The position numbers and the translations under genes are program-made. 64,000 nt of DNA from an uncultured Acidimicrobiales bacterium (GTDB lineage Bacteria > Actinomycetota > Acidimicrobiia > Acidimicrobiales > SHLQ01). Positions 8,362 through 17,195 of this stretch are shown here, in pieces; the first letter of the stretch is position 1; each line of letters opens with the position of its first letter. The stretch covers positions 2,977-66,976 of the forward strand of contig CAYVHV010000017.1 in assembly GCA_964451305.1 (NCBI GenBank), written 5' to 3'. Below the pieces are notes generated by a model, which was not told where the DNA came from, made no database searches, and was given only the letters and a program-made list of their open reading frames with translations.

Positions 8362-9288
8362 ATGGACGCACGAATTTTCATTGAGCCACAGCAGGGCACC
8401 ACCTACGAGGAGGTGCTCGCATTCGCGAAGCGGGCTGAGGAACTCGGCTTCGATGGCTTCTTCACATCGGACCACTACCAAAAGATGGGCGATCACGTCA
8501 GCGGACTGCCCGGCCCACTCGACGCGTGGATCACGCTGGCAGGCTTGGCCCGCGATACCGAACGTCTTCGACTCGGCACGCTCGTGTCGCCAATCACCTT
8601 CCGCCATCCGGGCCAGCTCGCTATCCAGGTCGCGCAGGTCGACCACATGAGCGGCGGTCGAATCGAACTCGGCATCGGCGCCGGCTGGTTCGACGCCGAG
8701 CACAAATCACACGGCATTTCGTTCCCACCGACCATCGAACGCTTCGATCTACTCAGCGAAGGCCTCGAAATCATCACCGGTCTGTGGAAGACCCCCGAAG
8801 GCGAGTCGTTCAACTACGAGGGCGAACACTTCACGCTCGTCGACTCGCCCGCGTTGCCCAAACCTCGCCAACGCCCCACTCCCCCGATCATCATCGGCGG
8901 CCGAGGCAAACGGCGCACTCCCAGCCTCGCCAGCCAGTACGCATCGGAGTTCAACGTTCCCTTTGCATCGCCAGCGGACTGGGCCGAAATCTGCGGCCCG
9001 ACCGTCGAGGCATGCGAAGCCCGAGAGCGCGACCCCGAAACACTCGTGTGGTCAGCCGCCCAAGTCGCCGCGGTTGGCTCCACCGAAGCGGAGTTTGCGC
9101 GTCGAGCCGCCGCTATTGGCCGTGAGACCAGCGAACTTCGCCAGAACGGCGTTGCGGGCACGATCGACGAAGCTCGATCATGCCTTGCCGAGTTCGAAGC
9201 TGTGGGGTGCACGCGTATGTACCTTCAGTTCCTCGACCTCAACGACCTCGACCACCTAAGCGACATGGCGGAAGTGTTGGAACTATGA
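8362..9288 (+). CDS. LLM-class (luciferase-like) F420-dependent oxidoreductase
   Basis: MDARIFIEPQQGTTYEEVLAFAKRAEELGFDGFFTSDHY...GRIELGIGAGWFDAEH. Start chosen at Met20 of ORF 8305..9288. Confidence 0.85.
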   Translation: MDARIFIEPQQGTTYEEVLAFAKRAEELGFDGFFTSDHYQKMGDHVSGLPGPLDAWITLAGLARDTERLRLGTLVSPITFRHPGQLAIQVAQVDHMSGGRIELGIGAGWFDAEHKSHGISFPPTIERFDLLSEGLEIITGLWKTPEGESFNYEGEHFTLVDSPALPKPRQRPTPPIIIGGRGKRRTPSLASQYASEFNVPFASPADWAEICGPTVEACEARERDPETLVWSAAQVAAVGSTEAEFARRAAAIGRETSELRQNGVAGTIDEARSCLAEFEAVGCTRMYLQFLDLNDLDHLSDMAEVLEL

Positions 9289-9938
9289 GTGACGTGAACA
9301 GCGAAGACTCCGGCTGGGTAGAAACCTCGAGCGGCGGCATCGCAACCTTTGGGCGAAGCGTCGGCACGAGCGTGCTCCTCGTCGGCGCACTCTTGGCCAT
9401 CATGTGGACCATCGAGATTCTCGATACCGCCATTCTGAGCGACCGTCTTCAAGGCAACGGCATCCTTCCTCGACGCATTTCTGGTCTCGACGGCGTCCTC
9501 TGGTCACCATTCCTTCACGCCGGCTTCCCACACCTCATCTCGAACTCGATCCCGTTCGGGGTACTGAGTCTGTTGATCCTCACAGGAGGGCGAGCCCGCT
9601 ACATCAAGGCGAGCGCGCTGATCATCGTGATCGGCGGACTCCTCGTGTGGGCGTTCGCGATCGGAAGCAACGAAAACCACATCGGCGCGAGTGGATGGGT
9701 ATTCGGCATGCTCGGCTTTCTCCTCGCCGCCGCCGTCCTCGAAAAGCGACCCCTCAGCATCCTCGCCGGTTTCGTCGCCATCATCTTCTACGGCGGAACC
9801 ATCCTCATCAGCTTCGTCCCGACCGACGGAATCTCATGGGAGGGTCACCTCTTCGGGTTCATTGCCGGGATACTGGCGGCTCGACTCACCGTGCAAAAGC
9901 GGTCACTACCTTCCCTGGATCCGCCCGGAGCTAGCTAG
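9285..9938 (+). CDS. Rhomboid-family intramembrane serine protease
   Basis: Polytopic membrane protein with GASGWVFG (GxSG) and EGHLFGFIAG (catalytic His helix). The start ATG overlaps the upstream stop (ATGA at 9285-9288). Confidence 0.8.
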   Translation: MSDVNSEDSGWVETSSGGIATFGRSVGTSVLLVGALLAIMWTIEILDTAILSDRLQGNGILPRRISGLDGVLWSPFLHAGFPHLISNSIPFGVLSLLILTGGRARYIKASALIIVIGGLLVWAFAIGSNENHIGASGWVFGMLGFLLAAAVLEKRPLSILAGFVAIIFYGGTILISFVPTDGISWEGHLFGFIAGILAARLTVQKRSLPSLDPPGAS

Positions 9939-9947
9939 CGTGAAACC

Positions 9948-11135
9948 ATGAGTGCTCGGGAAACCCTCCTCGTTCGAATCAGCGGCCCAGACCAAACGGG
10001 TATCACCACCGCCGCAATGGGCATCCTCGCCGCTGCCGACGCATCGGTCCATGATGTCGAGCAGATCGTCGTTCGCGGCCAGATCACCCTCGAGATCGTC
10101 GTCGATGTCCCTCGCGGCCAAAACGTCCTAAAGGACCTGCTCCTCCTCGGCTGGGAGCGCGGCCTCAACATCGATTTCGACATGGTCGACAGTGCTCCAG
10201 CAGTCTCGGTTCCATCGCTCATCGTCTCGATCATCGGTGCCGAACTCGGCCCGACCGACCTCGAGACCGTCACCGCAGCGATCGCCAAGTCCAACGGCAA
10301 CATCGAGCGCATCCGCCGGCTCGCGAAGTATCCCGTCTGGTGCTACGAGTTCGAAGTCCACGGCGGCCACCTCGAAGAAATGCGCACCCTGCTCATCGAC
10401 AGCGCTGCCGACAACCCACGTTTCGACGTGGCCGTCCAACGATCGGGCTTGCGACGGCGTGCTCAGCGGCTGATCGTCCTCGATGTCGACTCGACACTCA
10501 TCAAGAACGAAATGATCGACCTTCTTGCCGACCAGGCCGGGGTCGGCGAACAGTGCGCCGCAATCACCGAAGCCGCAATGGCCGGCGAGATCGACTTCGA
10601 ACAATCGCTCCGCCAGCGCGTCGCCCTTCTTGCAGGCCAACCGGTCGAAATAATCGATCACGCCTACGAACAACTGCAGCTCACCGCCGGAGCGCGCACC
10701 TTCATCCGGACACTCAAACGCCTCGGCTACAAGATTGCGATCGTCAGCGGAGGGTTCGTGTCCTTCACCGACAGGCTCAAGTCCTCCCTCGAACTCGACC
10801 ATGCCTTCGCCAATGAACTCGAGGTTCGCCGAGGCGTGCTCACCGGCGAGCTCGTCGGGCCCATCATCGACCGAGCGGCCAAAGCACGCCTTCTCACCGA
10901 ACTCGCAGCGGAAGAAGACATCGATGTCGAACAGGTCGTCGCCGTCGGCGATGGCGCCAACGACCTCGACATGTTATCCGCAGCTGGCCTGGGCGTCGCG
11001 TTCTGTGCCAAGAAGGTCGTTCGCGAGGCCGCCGACGCCACCCTCAGCACGCCTCACCTCGACGCCGTGCTGTTCTTGCTCGGTGTTCGCCGGGAGGAAG
11101 TCCTCGCCGACGAGCGCGATGCCAACAGCTCTTAA
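9948..11135 (+). CDS. serB: Phosphoserine phosphatase with N-terminal ACT domains
   Basis: LLVRISGPDQTGITTAAMGILA (ACT). HAD motif I is LDVDSTLIKNEMID. The tail reads GDGANDLDML. Confidence 0.9.
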   Translation: MSARETLLVRISGPDQTGITTAAMGILAAADASVHDVEQIVVRGQITLEIVVDVPRGQNVLKDLLLLGWERGLNIDFDMVDSAPAVSVPSLIVSIIGAELGPTDLETVTAAIAKSNGNIERIRRLAKYPVWCYEFEVHGGHLEEMRTLLIDSAADNPRFDVAVQRSGLRRRAQRLIVLDVDSTLIKNEMIDLLADQAGVGEQCAAITEAAMAGEIDFEQSLRQRVALLAGQPVEIIDHAYEQLQLTAGARTFIRTLKRLGYKIAIVSGGFVSFTDRLKSSLELDHAFANELEVRRGVLTGELVGPIIDRAAKARLLTELAAEEDIDVEQVVAVGDGANDLDMLSAAGLGVAFCAKKVVREAADATLSTPHLDAVLFLLGVRREEVLADERDANSS

Positions 11136-11194
11136 TTTTGTGACTTGTACACCACGCTCGTGGACAATCTGTCCAGTCGCTCTAGGTTAATTCC

Positions 11195-12793
11195 ATGGCA
11201 CGCGTACTGATCACTGAAAAGCTCGCCGAACGAGGTCTCGACCTCCTACGAAATGCGGGACACGACGTCGACGTTCAGCTGGATCTCTCCCCTGAGCAGC
11301 TCCTCGAGGCAATCAAGGGGGCGCACGGAATCATCATCCGTTCGGCAACGAAGGTAACGAAGGAAGTTATCGAAGCTGCCGATGAACTCATGATCGTCGG
11401 ACGAGCCGGCGTCGGTCTCGACAACGTCGACACCGAAGCGGCGACCAACGGTGGTGTCATGGTCGCGAACGCACCGACGTCGAACGCGGTGTCGGCCGCC
11501 GAACACACCATGGCGATGCTCCTCGCATCGGCCCGCAATGTGCCCCAAGCCCACTCTGCACTCGTCGATGGCCGCTGGGAGCGCTCACAGTGGGGCGGCG
11601 TCGAGCTGCTCGACAAGACGCTCGGTATCATTGGTCTCGGCAACATCGGTGGTCTCGTTGCCCAACGCGCCAAGGCATTCGGGATGCGCCTCGTCGGCCA
11701 CGACCCGTTCGTCTCCCCAGAACGAGCAACCGAACTCGGCGTCGAATTGATGGAACTCGACGAGCTCATCGCCGAAAGCGACTTTCTCACCCTGCACATT
11801 GCCCGCACGCCCGAGACGGTCAACATGATCAACGCCGACCGGCTCAAGCTCGCAAAACCCAACCTTCGGGTCATCAACGTCGCCCGCGGCGGAATCATCA
11901 ACGAAGCAGATCTTGCCGACGCAATCACGAACGGCACCGTCGCCGGTGCCGCCATCGACGTCTTCGATGTTGAACCAAAGACAGACTCACCCCTCTTCGG
12001 TGTTCCCGGCGTCGTTGTAACACCGCACCTCGGAGCGAGCACCTCAGAGGCCCAAGACCGAGCCGGCGAAGTCACCGCCGAGCAGGTTCGTCTCGCGCTC
12101 GAAGGCCACTTCGTGCCATTCGCAGTCAACATTGCAGCGAAGGCAATGAACGACCAGGTCCAACCATTCCTCCCATTGGCAGAACAGCTCGGCGCCCAGT
12201 TCGCCCGACTCGTCGACGGCAACCCCCAGGCTGTCGATGTCGTATTTGCCGGAGCGATCGGCGGCCTCGACTGTCGAATGCTCGAACTCGCCGTGATCAA
12301 AGGACTCGTCGGCGAGCTCTCGAATAACCCGGTGAGCTTCGTCAATGCCGAATCGGTCGCTGCGGACAATGGCGTCACGGTAACCGCCCGCTGCACGACG
12401 AAGACCCCATCGAACCTCGTCAATGGCATCAAGCTCGAGGGCGACGGACACTCGCTCGCAGGAACCGTCAACCTTCCCTCCGGTGAGTCCCGAATCGTTG
12501 CCGTCGATGGCATCACGATCGACTTGCCCGCATCGGACAACCTGCTCCTCGTCCTCAACGACGATACGCCGGGCATGATTGGCCAGGTCGGCACGATCTT
12601 TGGCGAAGCCAAGATCAACATCGACGATATGCACCTCGGGAAGGCCAATCGTGAAGGCGGCGTCGAACAAGGCATGGCGCTCCTCGCGATCTCCACGTCG
12701 GTTCAGATCCCTGAAATTGTTGTCGCCAAGATCAGCGAGCTGCCATCGATCCATTCGGTCAAGGCAATCGGCTCGCCACTCGGCAACCAATAG
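11195..12793 (+). CDS. serA: D-3-phosphoglycerate dehydrogenase, long form with ASB and ACT domains
   Basis: 532 aa. GRAGVGLDNVD and GIIGLGNIGGLVAQRA (NAD fold). C-terminal ACT region is LLVLNDDTPGMIGQVGTIFGEAKINI. Confidence 0.95.
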   Translation: MARVLITEKLAERGLDLLRNAGHDVDVQLDLSPEQLLEAIKGAHGIIIRSATKVTKEVIEAADELMIVGRAGVGLDNVDTEAATNGGVMVANAPTSNAVSAAEHTMAMLLASARNVPQAHSALVDGRWERSQWGGVELLDKTLGIIGLGNIGGLVAQRAKAFGMRLVGHDPFVSPERATELGVELMELDELIAESDFLTLHIARTPETVNMINADRLKLAKPNLRVINVARGGIINEADLADAITNGTVAGAAIDVFDVEPKTDSPLFGVPGVVVTPHLGASTSEAQDRAGEVTAEQVRLALEGHFVPFAVNIAAKAMNDQVQPFLPLAEQLGAQFARLVDGNPQAVDVVFAGAIGGLDCRMLELAVIKGLVGELSNNPVSFVNAESVAADNGVTVTARCTTKTPSNLVNGIKLEGDGHSLAGTVNLPSGESRIVAVDGITIDLPASDNLLLVLNDDTPGMIGQVGTIFGEAKINIDDMHLGKANREGGVEQGMALLAISTSVQIPEIVVAKISELPSIHSVKAIGSPLGNQ

Positions 12794-12807
12794 CTGCCGC
12801 TGCTCCC

Positions 12808-13452
12808 CTAGGTCGAGCGGAGCTCGTGCGGGCTCATCACGACGACGGGGATCGAGATGTCGAACGCACGCGTATCGAGCGTCGTAATCTTGCGACCGGG
12901 CTGCGCTGCGTCACGTGGTTCCGAAAGGTTCTCGGCGAGCACGTGGCTCGTCGTCTGAAGGTTGCTGCTGACCAACGCAAGGCCCCAAATCCCCGTTGGT
13001 GCGGACTCGTCGATCTCGACGGGTCCCACGATCTCGATGATCACGCGACCAGCCCACAAGAAGCTCTGACGTCGTTCGCCGAGTGGGGTCATGATTTGGC
13101 TTGAACGGCGCTCGTTCATTCCGGCACTGGCAAAGGATGCGACGGTGGAATCAACGTCGCCCGTCTCCACCACGACATGGTCGATCGCAAAGACCGCATT
13201 GACGTGTTCGGTCACCGTCGCCGGCGCAAGTCCGCTCAGCGGGCTGGACGCAGCTGTGACGGTCGTAATGCCGGCGACGTCGTCGGTTACTCCAGCGAGA
13301 GACCAGCCGAGGACTCCTCGTGGACCGTCCGAACCCGCCAGCTCGACGATGACCTTTCCAAAGCGAAGCTCATCACCGTGGACCGTAAAGCCAGCGGACT
13401 TCCATGAATTAGGGTCATCTCCGATGACGATTCGTTCGAGCGCGTGGGCCAT
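12808..13452 (-). CDS. VOC (glyoxalase/bleomycin-resistance fold) family protein
   Basis: 214 aa with two modules. AIDHVVVETGDVDSTVASFASAGM is typical of a VOC metal-site strand. Confidence 0.55.
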   Translation of the reverse strand: MAHALERIVIGDDPNSWKSAGFTVHGDELRFGKVIVELAGSDGPRGVLGWSLAGVTDDVAGITTVTAASSPLSGLAPATVTEHVNAVFAIDHVVVETGDVDSTVASFASAGMNERRSSQIMTPLGERRQSFLWAGRVIIEIVGPVEIDESAPTGIWGLALVSSNLQTTSHVLAENLSEPRDAAQPGRKITTLDTRAFDISIPVVVMSPHELRST

Positions 13453-13479
13453 TTGTTGAGAGCATAGCCACCGGCGACT

Positions 13480-14943
13480 TCACGAGAGCTGCATCACACC
13501 GTCAGAAATTCGCGAGTACAACAGACTCTTCTGATCGGCAGCGAAGTTCTGATAGTTGCGCCACGGATCGCGGTCGAGCTGGCTCGGAAGCTCCGGCAAT
13601 TTTCGTTGGAGGTACCCGGCGGAGAAGTCGTCGATCCAGTCGAGCCGAGGCGCAGTACGATCCTCCGGGCGGAGCAGCGGAACACACGTCCTCGCGCCGA
13701 CTTCGCTCATCTCGTTAAGGAGACGACAGACATAACGGCTAACCATGTCGGCCCGCAGCGTCCACGACGCGTTCACGTATCCAAAGGTCGAGAACAGGTT
13801 CGGCACGCCGCTATATCCAACTCCCCGATAGGTCACCGTTTCAGAGAAATCGACGCGTTCACCATCGACGAACACGTCGATCTGTCCAACGAGGGTCAAC
13901 GCGAGCCCGGTCGCCGTTACCAGGACATCGGCAGGGACGAGTTCGCCGTTGTTGAGTTGCACTCCGGTTGCGGTGACCTTGTCGATCTCGGCGGTAACAA
14001 CCGACGCCGAACCCGACGAGATCGCGTCGAAGAAGTCGCCGTTGGGCACCAGGCAAAGGCGTTGATCCCACGGCTCGTACTCGGGGGTGAAGTGCGCTTC
14101 GGTAACTTCGGCTCCAAGCTCGTGGCGAACCCGTCGGAGCAGTTCGCGCTTGAGCAGTTCCGGACGCCGTCGGCTCACTCGGTAGATGAGTTGATCTCGA
14201 GCGATGTTGCGAGCTCGGGTCATCGCATACGCAACACGTTCGGGCAGCACGGATCGCAAACGAAGTGCGAAGGCATCGGTGTCGGGAGAGCTCACGACAT
14301 ATGTCGGCGACCGCTGCAGCATCGTGACGTGCTCTGCACTCTCAGCTAAAGCCGGCACCAACGTGACCGCAGTTGCACCAGAGCCGATGACGGTGACCGC
14401 AGCTCCGGAGACGTCGAGGTCTGCGGGCCAATGCTGCGGGTGGACGACGCGTCCTTCGAAGTCATCGATTCCGTCGAATTCAGGAGTATGTCCCGCCTCG
14501 TAGCTGTAGTAGCCAGCACAAACGAACAACACGTTGCATCGAAGACTCTCCTCGCCCGATGGTGTTTGCACCGACAACGTCCACATCTGATCAGCCGACG
14601 ACCAGTCCGCACTGGTCACTCGCTTTTCGTAGCGAATGTGTTTTCGAAGGTCGAACGCATCGACCGTCTCGTTGAGATACTCGAGGATCGCATCACCTCT
14701 CGCGATCGATTCGTCGTGGATCCACGGCGCGAACCGAAAGCCTAGGGTGTGCATATCGCTGTCGGAGCGCACACCCGGATACCGGAAGAGATCCCACGTG
14801 CCGCCGAGGTTTGCGCGCTGCTCGAGCATCGCGAACGTGCGGTCCGGGGCATTCTTCGAGAGATGATATGCGGCGCTGATGCCGGAGATTCCTGCACCGA
14901 TGATCGCAACGTCGACGTCAGGAGAGGCGGCTGTGGGTTCCAC
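13480..14943 (-). CDS. FAD-dependent Baeyer-Villiger / flavin-containing monooxygenase (EthA-like)
   Basis: VAIIGAGISGISAAY (GxGxxG), GGTWDLFRYPGVRSD, and the BVMO fingerprint FEGRVVHPQHWP (FxGxxxHxxxWP). Confidence 0.85.
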   Translation of the reverse strand: MEPTAASPDVDVAIIGAGISGISAAYHLSKNAPDRTFAMLEQRANLGGTWDLFRYPGVRSDSDMHTLGFRFAPWIHDESIARGDAILEYLNETVDAFDLRKHIRYEKRVTSADWSSADQMWTLSVQTPSGEESLRCNVLFVCAGYYSYEAGHTPEFDGIDDFEGRVVHPQHWPADLDVSGAAVTVIGSGATAVTLVPALAESAEHVTMLQRSPTYVVSSPDTDAFALRLRSVLPERVAYAMTRARNIARDQLIYRVSRRRPELLKRELLRRVRHELGAEVTEAHFTPEYEPWDQRLCLVPNGDFFDAISSGSASVVTAEIDKVTATGVQLNNGELVPADVLVTATGLALTLVGQIDVFVDGERVDFSETVTYRGVGYSGVPNLFSTFGYVNASWTLRADMVSRYVCRLLNEMSEVGARTCVPLLRPEDRTAPRLDWIDDFSAGYLQRKLPELPSQLDRDPWRNYQNFAADQKSLLYSRISDGVMQLS

Positions 14944-14970
14944 GCTCGAAGACTAGAGGGGTGGCGTGAC

Positions 14971-16365
14971 CTACGGCAGGTCGTGTGGAAGCGAACCTCG
15001 AGCGGCCCGAAGATAGGCATATGGAGTTTCGGCTCGGAAGTTTGAGACGCGAGACGTGTACACATCAGCGTACCGTTCGACCTGACGAGCAAAGAGACTC
15101 TTGTCGTTGCCCGCTCGCATCAGCGGCCCCCACACCGGGTTGCCAAGCTCCCCCGCAGCTCGGGCGAGCGGAGCGATCCGGTCGTCGAGTCTCGATGCCC
15201 GCGACGTGATCTTGTTGTACGCAGCCTGCACATCCTCGCCGCCGCCCGCAGCCCGTTGCAGACGAAGCTGCGCCTGCTTGCGATCGACGATGACCTTCTC
15301 GGCCATGAGTGACTCGAGCGTTGCTTGATCCGTTGCGAAATCGGCAGCATCGGCAATCTCGGATTCGAGACCCCGAGCAATCAACGCGGTCCTCCAGCGA
15401 AGCACGTCTTTCGAGACATGGACGTCACCGAAGAGATGGTCACCCACGTACAACGGATCATCGGCTTCGTTGCCGAACCATTCCTCTACAAGGCGGGCGT
15501 TGCCGCCGAAATAGACGTGCCCGGATTCGAGTGGCCCATCGTGAGGTAACAAGAGCGACTCGTCCTCGTCGACCACTCGATAGATCGGGTGCGACTCGAG
15601 AAAGAACCCTGGCTTGCTCGCCGAGACGATGACCAAATCGAACAGACTCCGCCAGGTGTCGGTTCCTTCGATGAAACGATCGAAACAGTACGGCATCATC
15701 TCTCGGGTGAAGGCCCAATCCGAGTTCGTGATAAGGACCAGCTTCTTGCCAGCGAGGCGTTGGTCTTGCAGCGTTGCGGCCATGTCGGGATCGAGATCGA
15801 CAAACCGCTCCTTGTCGCTCACGATCTGTGCTTTGAGCGCTCCCCCGTTGTGCGCAACAGCGAGCGCATCATCTACGGCGTCGTAGATGTCTCGGTAGCT
15901 TTTGGACCCGTCGAGCTCGCCACGATCGTGAAGTTCAATAAGTTGGGAGAACAGGCTTGCCCGGCTGAGCTCGAAGAGCGTGTTCATGAAGCGGAATCTC
16001 GGCGACGAGAGTTCGACGATGGTCGACGAGTACGCCGCCCGTTGTTGATCGAAGCTCAGAACCGATTTGCCGTGTTGAGCTCGAACAACCCGCCCGAATC
16101 GTGTTGCTTTGATGACGTTGCCGAGTTCGAGGTCGAAGACCAGCCCGACGGTAAATTCGGCCGGGTCAAAGGTGAAGTCCCCGACGGGAAGTCCACTGTT
16201 GGCAAGCGCGTGTTGAGCGTGGTTGAAAACTGCGCCTTCCCACTCCGCTGAGTGGTAGTGGATCAGCGTGTAGTCCATGTCGTATCCAACGACCGGCACG
16301 CTGCGGAGGTTCAGAGTCCTGTTTGCAAAGACGCCACGGACAGCGTCGGAGCGCGTTTGCCCCAC
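14971..16365 (-). CDS. HAD-IG family 5'-nucleotidase (cN-II-like)
   Basis: VFANRTLNLRSVPVVGYDMDYTLIHY (DxDxT motif I in the characteristic HAD-IG context). 464 aa. Confidence 0.85.
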   Translation of the reverse strand: MGQTRSDAVRGVFANRTLNLRSVPVVGYDMDYTLIHYHSAEWEGAVFNHAQHALANSGLPVGDFTFDPAEFTVGLVFDLELGNVIKATRFGRVVRAQHGKSVLSFDQQRAAYSSTIVELSSPRFRFMNTLFELSRASLFSQLIELHDRGELDGSKSYRDIYDAVDDALAVAHNGGALKAQIVSDKERFVDLDPDMAATLQDQRLAGKKLVLITNSDWAFTREMMPYCFDRFIEGTDTWRSLFDLVIVSASKPGFFLESHPIYRVVDEDESLLLPHDGPLESGHVYFGGNARLVEEWFGNEADDPLYVGDHLFGDVHVSKDVLRWRTALIARGLESEIADAADFATDQATLESLMAEKVIVDRKQAQLRLQRAAGGGEDVQAAYNKITSRASRLDDRIAPLARAAGELGNPVWGPLMRAGNDKSLFARQVERYADVYTSRVSNFRAETPYAYLRAARGSLPHDLP

Positions 16366-16370
16366 TCGGT

Positions 16371-16949
16371 TCAGCTCTCCCGGAACGTGATTTCGGTCGA
16401 ATCGAGCTTCAAACCAATCGCGCGAATCTCCTTATCGAGTGAAACGAAATCGAAATCGTCGCTTCCCGCGTAACGCTTGTCGAGTTCAAAGCGGAATCGG
16501 TTGCCCGGAGAGGTTCGGTTGACTTGTTTGAAGGGTGCCGACGGTTCACCGAACGAGTACTTCTGTGCCCACGCAACACCATCGATCATGGTGGCAAGCG
16601 ATGCAGCCGATGAGATCGCGTTCACCTCGGCGATGCTCGTCGAACACAACAGTTCTGCGTACTGCGGGTGTGGTTTGTGCTCGCCACAGCCTCCGAGGAG
16701 CGACATGATCTCTTGGGCCATCGGCTCTCGTCCGGGGAGTGCGTCGAGGGAGATACCGGGGCCATCGTCGGTGATGATGAACTCGTTGCCACTGGCAACG
16801 ACGTCAATCGTGGTGACCTCTCCCTGGTGGGCGCCGGTCAATGAAACACACAACGCGGCGCGTACGCATTGGTTGCGGATGTTGCCGTTCGTATCGAAGT
16901 GCACGCCAATTCGTGAACGTACTGTCTGGAGGTCTTTCGCCTGTACCAC
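16371..16949 (-). CDS. Stand-alone GyrB N-terminal ATPase (GHKL)-like domain protein with catalytic residues substituted
   Basis: 192 aa, colinear with E. coli GyrB residues about 15-215. Matching segments are LQTVRSRIG (cf. LDAVRKRPG), ITDDGPGIS (cf. VQDDGRGIP), DGVAWAQKYSFGEP (cf. EGKIHRQIYEHGVP) and PGNRFRFELD...FDFVSLDKEIRAIGLKLDSTEITFRE (cf. TGTMVRFWP...[26 protein letters not shown]). The E42/N46 box reads NQCVRAALCVS and the GGLHGVG ATP lid reads LLCSTSI. Confidence 0.6.
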   Translation of the reverse strand: MVQAKDLQTVRSRIGVHFDTNGNIRNQCVRAALCVSLTGAHQGEVTTIDVVASGNEFIITDDGPGISLDALPGREPMAQEIMSLLGGCGEHKPHPQYAELLCSTSIAEVNAISSAASLATMIDGVAWAQKYSFGEPSAPFKQVNRTSPGNRFRFELDKRYAGSDDFDFVSLDKEIRAIGLKLDSTEITFRES

Positions 16950-17195
16950 TAGCGCCTCTTATCCATTCTTCTTCACATCAAGAGTATTTCGTTACGGATT
17001 TCCCGTCCTCGGGGTTCTGTCGACAGTTTGGGTAGCGGAGATGAGGGTTTCACGAAAAACTTGGCGAATCGCTTCGATCGGCCGCTCGGCATGACGGAAC
17101 CCTTACTGTGTGTGCGTTTGGGTTCACGTTGGGTGAAACAAATTCTTCTACCCGACTAGCATGTAACGTTCCGTAACATTAATGTCATATTCGTT

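Noticed and set aside
11275-12790. 473-aa and 248-aa minus-strand ORFs inside serA
   Set aside because: They are antisense to serA. Ser/Arg/Pro-rich translations are the typical GC-rich shadow frames.
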